From the NCBI RefSeq assembly GCF_009914755.1, contig NC_060943.1: DNA of 64,000 bases. One strand, given 5' to 3'. Under the pieces are notes generated by a model, which had not been told where the DNA came from, did no database searches, and saw only the letters and a program-made list of their open reading frames with translations. Of the stretch, positions 37,831-64,000 are shown in pieces. Position numbers and translations under genes: made by a program. Position 1 is the first letter of the stretch; each line of letters begins with the position of its first letter. The stretch comes from the human T2T-CHM13v2.0 reference genome, Homo sapiens.

Positions 37831-38661
37831 AAACTAGGTATTACATGATTATGTGGAATGATTGGAATGCTCTGACACCGCTGCAACTTTAAATAACCAC
37901 TTTGCGCTGTGTACAGTGGCTCATGCTTGTAACCCCAGCATTTTGGGAGGCCGAGGCAGAAAGATTGCTTGAGCCTAGAGGTTTGAGACCAGTAGGGCAA
38001 CATAGTGAGTCCCTGTCTCTACAAAGAATAAAAAAATTAACAAACCATGGTGGCTCACGTCAGCAGTCCCAGCTACTTGGGAGGTTGAGGGAGGAGGATC
38101 ACTTGAGTCCAGGAGGTGGAGGTTGCAGTGAGCTGGAAAACAAAACAAAACAAAACAAAACAAAAAACAGAAAAGAAAAGAAATAGCCCCTAAGTGGCCA
38201 GATGCGGAATCCCAGCGCTTTGGGAGGCCAAGGAGGGCGGATCATTTGAGGTCAGGAGTTCGAGACCAGCTTGACCTACATGTCAGACCCTGTCTCTACT
38301 AAAATACAAAAATTAGCTGGACGTGGTGGTGGGCACCTATAATCCCAGCTCCTCGGGAGGCTGAGGCAGGAGAATCGCTTGAATCCAGGAGGCGGAGGTT
38401 GCAGTCAGCCAAGATTGTGCCACTGCACTCTAGCCTGGGTGACACAGCCAGATTCCTTATCAAAAACAAACAAACAAACAAAAAATGCCCCTAACTGGGA
38501 ACTGCTTAAATGTCCATAATAAAAGAAGACAGGGGCCAGGCACGGTGGCTGGTGGCTCATGCCTGTAATCCCAGTACTTTGGGATTCCTAGGTGGGCAGA
38601 TCACTTGAGGTCAGGAGTTCGAGACCAGCCTGACCAACATGGTGAATATCCATTTCTACTA

Positions 38662-38911
<250 letters not shown>

Positions 38912-39430
38912 TCATTTGCACCACATCCTGGACAGGCTAGAGAATCTCCTCTTGCTCTGGGCTCCACCGGCCTTACAGTTCACTTCGCTGATGAGTGAGA
39001 GCAGGTCTCCCGGCCATGATACAAGCTGCCCCCAAAATTCCAAAGGGCTTTTTCTTACCACCTTTTCCATCAAAGGATGGGGGTATAGGGGATGAAAGTT
39101 TCAGTAGCTTGCCCTGTATTTAGGGAAAAAACAAAATTCTAACAAAACTCTTCTCCCGGACCTCCAAAATATCTCTGGGCTGGCAGGTCTCTGTATTTTT
39201 TTTTTTTTTATTGAACTTCCTTAAATGCACATAAGTCAGCTAATACTTCCATGGTACCTGTTTCTTTCTGCTCTTGGTACATCGATATTATTATTATTAT
39301 AATTATTTAATTATTATGAAACAAGGTCTTGCTCTGTCGCCCAGGCTGGAGTACAGTGGCACAATCACAGATCACTGCAGCCTCCACCTCCTTGGCTCAA
39401 GTGATCCTCCAGCCTTAGCCTCCTAAGTAG

Positions 39431-39592
<162 letters not shown>

Positions 39593-40686
39593 TGAGTAGC
39601 TGGGATTACAGGCACCCGCCACCACTCCCGGCCAATTTTCTTTCTTTTTTTTTTTTTTTTGTATTTTAGTAGAGACGGGGTTTCACCATGTTAGCCAGGA
39701 TGGTCTCGATCTCCTGACCTCATGATCCACCTGCCTCAGCCTCCCAAAGTGCTGGGATTACAGGTGTGAGCCACCGCGCCTGGCCCAATACCCGGCTAAT
39801 TTTGTGTGTGTGTGTGACGCAGTCTCGCTCTGTCGCCCAGGCTGGAGTGCAGTGGCGCTATCTCTGCTTGCTGCAAGCTCTGCCTTCTGGCTTCATGCCA
39901 TTCTCCTGCCTCAGCCTCCCGAGTAGCTGGGACTACAGGCACCCGCCACCACGCCCGGCTAATTTTTTTTTTTGTAATTTTAGTAGAGACGGGGTTTCAC
40001 CGTGTTAGCCACGATGGTCTCAATCTCCTGACCTTGTGATCCGCCTGCCTCGGCTTCCCAAAGTGCTGGGATTACAGGCCTGAGCCACCGCGCCCGGCCA
40101 ATTTTGTATTTTTAGTAGAGATGGGGTTTCACCATATTGTCCAGGCTGGTCTCAAACTCCTGACCTCGTGATCCGCCTGCCTCGGACTCCCAAAGTGCTG
40201 GGATTACAGGCATGAGCCACCACGCCCAGCCAGAATTTTTTCTTTTTTCTAGAGAAGGGGGTCTCCGTATGTTGCCCAGTCTGGTCTTGACCACCTGACC
40301 TTCATTGATTTTCCTACGTCGGCCTCCCAAAGTGGTGGGATTACAGGTGTGAGCCACTGCCACCGGCCAGTAATTATGCTGATGAAAGACCTGTTTTTTC
40401 TCCAGTTCCTGGGATGGCTCTAGGGAGGGTTATTTACACTGTGAGTGAGGAGGCATTCACAGAGAAGTTCCTCCAGAGTGTGGAAGAAGCACTACCATTT
40501 GGCACCAACGCCTGGAGAACAAAGGAGGAGACCATTGGCCAAAGAGAGGCATTTCCATTTTGTTGGAACCTGCTGACCACCAACCCATAGCATTTTTTCC
40601 CTTTCTTCCTTGCTAATCCAATCGCAGATTCATTGAGGAGGTGAGAGGTCCTGAGATCCAGGCTGGAAGAGGAGTGATTGGTCTAC

Positions 40687-40905
40687 CTGGTTCTCAAGGG
40701 ATAATGTTGCCCCCTAGAGGACATTTTGGAAATTATTAAGGAAAATTAACGACTGGTTTTTTGGTTGTCATCTGGTTCTCAAGGGAACAGTATTGCTTCC
40801 TTGGGAGAATTTGGAAACTTACCTTTTTTCATCGTCACAATGGTGAAGGGTTTGTTACTGGGATTAGAGGACAAGGACCAGACATGCCAAGATGTTCTAC
40901 AATAT
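40687..40905 (+). mobile_element. MER20/MER20B-like hAT-Charlie fragments, two 5' ends in tandem
   Basis: ctggttctcaaggg...gccccctagaggacattttggaaatt...tttttggttgtca; second start near 40772. Confidence 0.55.
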
Positions 40906-41084
40906 AGCATTCCTAATTAATAATCACCTAATGAATAAAGCTCAGATAGCACTTAAAAAGTGGGGAAAGGACTGTTTATACTAAATTATGCTAAGCTGTA
41001 ACACTGAACTATTCCAGTTCTTTTGAAATTGTTTACATAGCAAAATCATAGTTGACTCCTGGCCATTTAAGACTTATGCCACCA

Positions 41085-41225
41085 CTCTTGGGATAGTGAA
41101 AATGTTTTGCAACTAGATTGAGGTGGTGATTGTATAATATGGTGAAAGTACTAAAAGCCACTAAATTGTGCACTTCAAAATGCTGCCTAATTTTATATTA
41201 TGTGAATTTCACCTCAATAAAAATG
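41085..41225 (+). mobile_element. L1MB-like 3' terminus
   Basis: gaaaatgttttgcaactaga...aattttatattatgtgaatttcacctcaataaaaa. Confidence 0.7.
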
Positions 41226-41259
41226 TCTTTTTTTTTTTTTTTTTGAGAGGGAGTCTTGA

Positions 41260-41406
<147 letters not shown>

Positions 41407-42063
41407 TAGTAGAGACAGGGTTTCACCATGTTGACCAGCATGGTCTCAATCTCCTGACCTTGTGATCCACCTGCCTCGGCCTCCCAAAGTGCTGGGATTA
41501 TAGGTGTGAGCCCCCGGGCCCAGCCAATAAAAATGTTTTTTTAAAAGGATGCATATTTCCAAACATGAGACTATACCATCACATTTAATTTTTCCCAGAA
41601 ACTATAAAAAGTAGAAGTGAAGAGAGGAAAGGGAGACACTTTTAGACCTTCAATGAGTCTGCAAGTACAGGAGAAAATAATTTATGCAGCAATTAGCTTT
41701 ATTTTCAGGGCTCTTTTTCTTTTCTTTTTTTTTTGTTGAGACGGAGTCTCGCTCTTTTGCCCAGGCCGGAGTGCAGTGGCGCTATCTTGGCTCAGTGCAA
41801 GCTCTGCCTCCTGGGTTCATACCATTTTCCTGCCTCAGCCTCCCGAGTAGCTGGGACTACAGGCACCCGCCACCATGCCCAGCTAATTTTTTGTATTTTT
41901 AGTAGACACGGGGTTTCACCGTGTTAGCCAGGATGGTCTCGATCTCCTGACCTCATGATCCGCCCGCCTCTGCCTCCCAAAGTGCTGGGATTACACGCGT
42001 GAGCCACCGCGCCTGGCCAACAAAGTGATCATTTTACAAGAGTTATGGCATAGTCACAGGTAA

Positions 42064-42384
<321 letters not shown>

Positions 42385-42431
42385 TGATCCACCCACCTTG
42401 ACCTCCCAAAGTCCTGGGATTACAGGCGTGA

Positions 42432-42689
<258 letters not shown>

Positions 42690-43035
42690 TGATCCGCCCG
42701 CCTCGGCCTCCCAAAGTGCTGGTATTACAGGCATGAGCCACCGTGCCTGGCCTCTATTTTTCTTTCTATAATCCATGTACATTTTCCTTTAATAATATAA
42801 GGCAACTAAACAGCACTTTATTTTCAGAGGCTTATCTAAAAGATACTTGACACAGCCCTTTGCAGCTGGGTCATTCTCTGAATTCTAAATGTCGTTTCCT
42901 GCACAAAGTGGTTATTTGATCTTGTAACTGGCATTTTCCCCGGAGATTAGGAAGTGGCACACCAAAGTGCAAAAAACTTTGGAATCAGAACTTTAATTTT
43001 TAATCTTTATTTTATTTATTTATTTATTTTTGTGA

Positions 43036-43191
<156 letters not shown>

Positions 43192-43444
43192 TGAGTAGAG
43201 ATGGGGTTTCACCATGTTGGCCAGGCTGGTCTCTAACTCCTGACCTCAGGTGATCCTCCCGTCCATGCCTCCCAAAGTGCTGGGATTACAGGTATGAGTC
43301 ACTGTGCCCGGCCTAATTTTTATATTTTTTTGTAGAGACGGGGTCTGGCTGTGTTTGACAGCCTCAAACTCCTGGCCTCAAGTGATCCTCTCAAAGTGTT
43401 GGGATTACAGACATGAGCCACAGTGCCTGGCCTATTGAAAGCTT

Positions 43445-44932
<1,488 letters not shown>

Positions 44933-44966
44933 TCCACCTCAGCCTCCCACGTAGCTGGGACTATAG

Positions 44967-45332
<366 letters not shown>

Positions 45333-45695
45333 TAGCCAGGCTGGTCTCCAACTCCTGATTTAAAGTAATCTGCCTGCCTTGGCCTTCCGAAGTGCTGAGA
45401 TTACAGGTGCGAGTCACCGTGCCTGGCCTATTCCTGTTTTCTTAACGCTCCTCTCTCCCACTGGGCCGTGACTGCCTCTAAGGCAGAGATGTGTTCATTT
45501 TTATTATTATTGTATGTCCAGGGCTGGGCACAAAGTGCAACACATAGTAGGGACATGAAAGGCTGGGCACAGTGGCTCATGGTTGTAATCCCAGCACTTT
45601 GGGAGGCAGAGGCGGGAGGATGGCTTGAGGCCAGGAGTTGGAGACCAGCCTAGGCAACAGAGGGACCCCATCTCTATGAAAAAAAAAAAAAAAAT

Positions 45696-45945
45696 TGACA
45701 GTTCAATGTCACCTCTGATAAGCCTTCCCTGACCACCCCTGTTACTCTGTAGCCCCATGTCCTGCTTTATTTTTCTCCAAAGCATTTATCATCGCTGGGT
45801 TTATATTTATTTCTCTTCGGGCTTTTCTCACTGGATCGTAAACTCCATGAGGACAGGGCTTTGTCGATTTCACTCAATACCGTTATTTTACAACATCCCT
45901 ATTGCTGGGATCTCAGTATGCACTCCTTAAATATTTGCAGAATTT
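45696..45945 (-). mobile_element. L2 3' fragment immediately upstream of the SAE1 promoter
   Basis: aatgtcacctct...ccttccctgaccaccc...gtaaactccatgaggacagggctttgtc...aaatatttgcagaat. Confidence 0.65.
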
Positions 45946-45959
45946 AAGTGCCACATAAG

Positions 45960-46140
45960 TGACCACGTGGGCAACGCCCTCGGGGCCTTAAGCCGCGCCA
46001 TTTTTGGGGCTAGGATTGGTTGGACCCTCCGTCACGTGACATGCAGTCGCCGGATCGCCTTTGAGTCTCGTGAGGTACTTTTGGTCCCAGGCTCCGCGGA
46101 CGAGGTACTGCGCAGGCGTGGGAGGGTCTGCGCATGCGCA
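45960..46140 (+). promoter_or_regulatory. SAE1 proximal promoter: CCACGTGG (45963-45970), YY1-type CGCCATTTT (45996-46004), ATTGG (46015-46019), GTCACGTGAC (46031-46040), NRF1-type TGCGCAGGCG (46109-46118) and TGCGCATGCGCA (46129-46140)
   Basis: Motifs read directly, 100-280 nt upstream of the SAE1 ATG. Confidence 0.8.
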
Positions 46141-46241
46141 GAAGCACTCCGGGCGTGCTGCCGGCGGCGGTAGGTGGCGCGCGGGTCCGGCGGGCGGTTG
46201 GCTTGAGCGGGACCGGAGCTGAGGCAGGAAGAGCCGGCGCC

Positions 46242-46339
46242 ATGGTGGAGAAGGAGGAGGCTGGCGGCGGCATTAGCGAGGAGGAGGCGGCACAGTATGA
46301 CCGGCAGATCCGCCTGTGGGGACTGGAGGCCCAGAAACG
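46242..46339 (+). CDS. SAE1: SAE1 (SUMO-activating enzyme subunit 1 / Aos1) coding exon 1, 98 nt: MVEKEEAGGGISEEEAAQYDRQIRLWGLEAQKR
   Basis: Strong Kozak gccATGG; YDRQIRLWG motif typical of E1/ThiF-MoeB family N-termini; donor CG|gtcagg. Confidence 0.97.
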
Positions 46340-47007
46340 GTCAGGGCCGGCGCGGCTTGAGGCCGCGAGGGTCTGGAGGGGGCGTCTATTCTGAGGCGTT
46401 TGCGGCCCGGAAGGAGCGGGAAGGTGTGATTTGAAGGGAGGAGGCGGGAATTCTGTGCTCTGGGATCGTCTCTCTCTTGGGGGGACTGGAGGAGTTGATT
46501 GGGGATGTTTCTGGAAGGTCTGGGAAGTGGTTGGGAGGGCCGTTCCGAAGGATGGGAGCTCTGAAGGGGGCGTTGGGGAGTCCTGAGAGAGCGGGAGAAT
46601 TCAAACTCAGGAAATCCGAGGCCCGAAAGCGGTGATTGTGGGGTTTGATCGCGGTTAGGGGATAAGAGGGGCTGGGGATACGTGGAAAGGGTGAGGTGAG
46701 GGACGCAGTTCATTCATTCGAGGGTATGGGACCTGGTTCCGTGCTGCACACAGGGGAGACTGGACTGGCCAACCGGACAGACGGGAGCTTACACTCTTGT
46801 GGGAGCTCACGGGCGGGCCAGTCTGAGAGAATGCGGGTTTTGAGGAGTTTTGGAGCAAGTTATCTCAAATGGGAATCTTGAGAGGCTCGGAGAGGCTGGA
46901 GGGGGACGGCCGTAGGCTCCCGAAAAGGTTGCTTGTGTTTGGTATGGGGCTGTGTCTTGATAGGACAGGAGACGTAGTTTGGGCATTGTGGAGTAGCTTA
47001 GGGAATT

Positions 47008-49471
<2,464 letters not shown>

Positions 49472-50344
49472 TCAGATTTGTTTTTTTATACAACTAAGTA
49501 GAAATATGTGAGGGGTTGAGTTCAGAGGTAAAATTTGGGTGATGGTGGGTATTGTGTGAGTACAGAGTATAGAATTAATGGAGGGGTTGGGGAGGCAGAC
49601 ACGTCAGGAGAATTTAGTTTGAGGGGGTGGGAGCTTTCAGAAGGTTTTAGAGGGTGCAGTGTTGGGATGGGAATTACCTCAGGCTCATTTCAGATCTGTG
49701 GGGTCTTCTTTGATGGGGTGGGGGGATGTCATCATGAGGCATTAACATTGGTGGGAGGGTTGAAGGCACCTGGAATAGATTGGGAATTAAGTGATGAGAA
49801 TGTGCCTCTGGACATAGGTGGACTGCATTGATTTTAGGGACTGCTATTTTCTGGATGGAGTGGAAAGAGGATTTATGTGAGTTGGAGGAAACTTTGAGGA
49901 AGCTTGGTGTGTTCTGAGATCCTAAAGGGTTGGGGAGGGGATTCTAAGGTACTGGAAGGGTTAATCGAAGGGGTTTGCGGCAGCAGATAGCTTTGTTTGA
50001 AGTGGGGCAAAGTTGGTGAGGTTTAAACTGGAATGTAGTTAGGGAACTTTCAGAGGGATGGGGATGATTTTTCTGAGAAGCAGTGAAGAATGGATGGGGG
50101 CCTCTGAGTGGGAGATGACCTAAGGGACAAGTCAGGGTCAGGGCATGGAATTTGTGGGAGGTAGGAATTATTCTGAGGGAGTGGAGCTGTACCAAATTTG
50201 GTGGAGAACATGAAAAGGATTGGCTGGGGGTTGCAGGAGGGAGGGAAGAGGTTGTTTGTAATTTGTACTCTATTTTTAGACAGTCTTAGAGAGTTTATTA
50301 AAGTGTTTTTTGTCCATTTTCAGCCGAGGTTTTTAGAAATTAAA

Positions 50345-56763
<6,419 letters not shown>

Positions 56764-57049
56764 TAAACAACTGCAGAGCAGTCTGTAGAGCTATGTAGGA
56801 ATGTAGGTCGTGGAGAGCAGATTTATTGTCAGGGACTTTTTATATGTAGCTGTTGCTGGAAGAGTTCGGGGAGGGGGAGTGCTTGCTGGTATTGACTCAG
56901 CCATGATAAAAAAGCCTTTTTTTGAGGAAATGGCATTGGAGTTGGGTTTTGAAGGGGAAAGGCGTAGGTAGGCATTGAGAGGAAGAAATGGTGCATTTTG
57001 CGAGGGTGGAATGTTGTGATTAAATTTTATTTAATTTTTAATTAAATTA

Positions 57050-57303
57050 ATAGCAAACTCTTACCAGCAGAACTTAAATTGTGTGAAAATTATTCTTAGT
57101 TATTACTAAATCCTTTTCAGTATGAATAATACATTTGCTGCAGAATTATTAATGAGTTTGGTTACATGATGCAGCCCAAGATCTTGATGAGTTGTTTCAT
57201 AATACATGATGTAAAGTCTGTATTTCCTTTTTGAAATCTGAAAAAATTGTGACTCTGAAATACTTCTGGTTCAAGAGATTTCAGATAAGATATAGTTGAC
57301 CTA
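57050..57303. mobile_element. MER46C-like (TcMar-Tigger) fragment
   Basis: aaatctgaaaaaattgtgactctgaaatacttctgg...gatttcagataagatatagttgacct resembles the recalled terminus. Confidence 0.5.
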
Positions 57304-57403
57304 TTCTGCTTCCTACTGACCTCAGAGAAGTCTTGGGATGGCCTGACCTCTGATTGCCTTTTTTCAGCCTCATCTTCTGTCACTTTACAGATTTAAAAAG
57401 CTA

Positions 57404-58712
<1,309 letters not shown>

Positions 58713-58802
58713 AAACCAAAATGATTTGTGTATTTTTTGTTCTTCTGTGATTCTGCAAGCTCACTGTTCTGTATCATCAGGTTAACAATGTTTGTCTTAC
58801 AG

Positions 58803-58914
58803 GCTGCGGGCCTCTCGGGTGCTTCTTGTCGGCTTGAAAGGACTTGGGGCTGAAATTGCCAAGAATCTCATCTTGGCAGGAGTGAAAGGACTGACCATGC
58901 TGGATCACGAACAG
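58803..58914 (+). CDS. SAE1: SAE1 coding exon 2, 112 nt: [37 protein letters not shown]
   Basis: Acceptor ttacag|G and donor CAG|gtgcgc; in frame with exon 1 (CG+G = Arg). Rossmann-type [17 protein letters not shown] of E1 enzymes. Not listed in the ORF track. Confidence 0.97.
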
Positions 58915-59049
58915 GTGCGCTGTTGTGAGCTCATTCCTCCCCTGCTCTGGCTCCCCTTTCCAGCATGAAGATCTGCAGATTTTGTGAGTTCCTCCTTGTG
59001 CCTTAAGGGCTGTGAAAGGAGGGCTAACATTAATAAACCATTGCCTCTG

Positions 59050-64000
<4,951 letters not shown>

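Larger units (their letters stand above)
45960..46660. promoter_or_regulatory. CpG island over SAE1 promoter and exon 1
   Basis: CpG-dense and GC-rich; edges approximate. Confidence 0.8.

Overview
Primate (very likely human chr19q13) genomic DNA with two genes arranged head to head. On the minus strand is the 5' half of ZC3H4 (Restrictor complex subunit): seven coding exons from the ATG at 27892 to position 351, which splice in frame with GT-AG junctions, plus a candidate non-coding first exon near 29028-29090. On the plus strand are SAE1 (SUMO E1 subunit Aos1) coding exons 1 and 2. Each gene has a CpG-island promoter, and about 17 kb of extremely Alu-dense DNA lies between them. Gene identities come from recognising the translated proteins; no database was searched. 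The most interesting unexplained structure is at the 5' end of ZC3H4. It has a weak first donor overlapping one copy of a repeated GGAAANAGCCGAAAG motif, a second in-frame donor after exon 2, several cryptic cassettes in intron 2 that carry a stop in the exon-2 frame (some with a restart ATG in frame with exon 3), and an intronic poly(A) signal. Together these suggest an autoregulatory attenuation / N-terminus switching module, which is inference and needs RNA data. ZC3H4 exons 5-6 and 7-8 also form an internal tandem duplication, and Alu orientation flips near 32 kb. Repeat boundaries and subfamily names are read by eye and are approximate.
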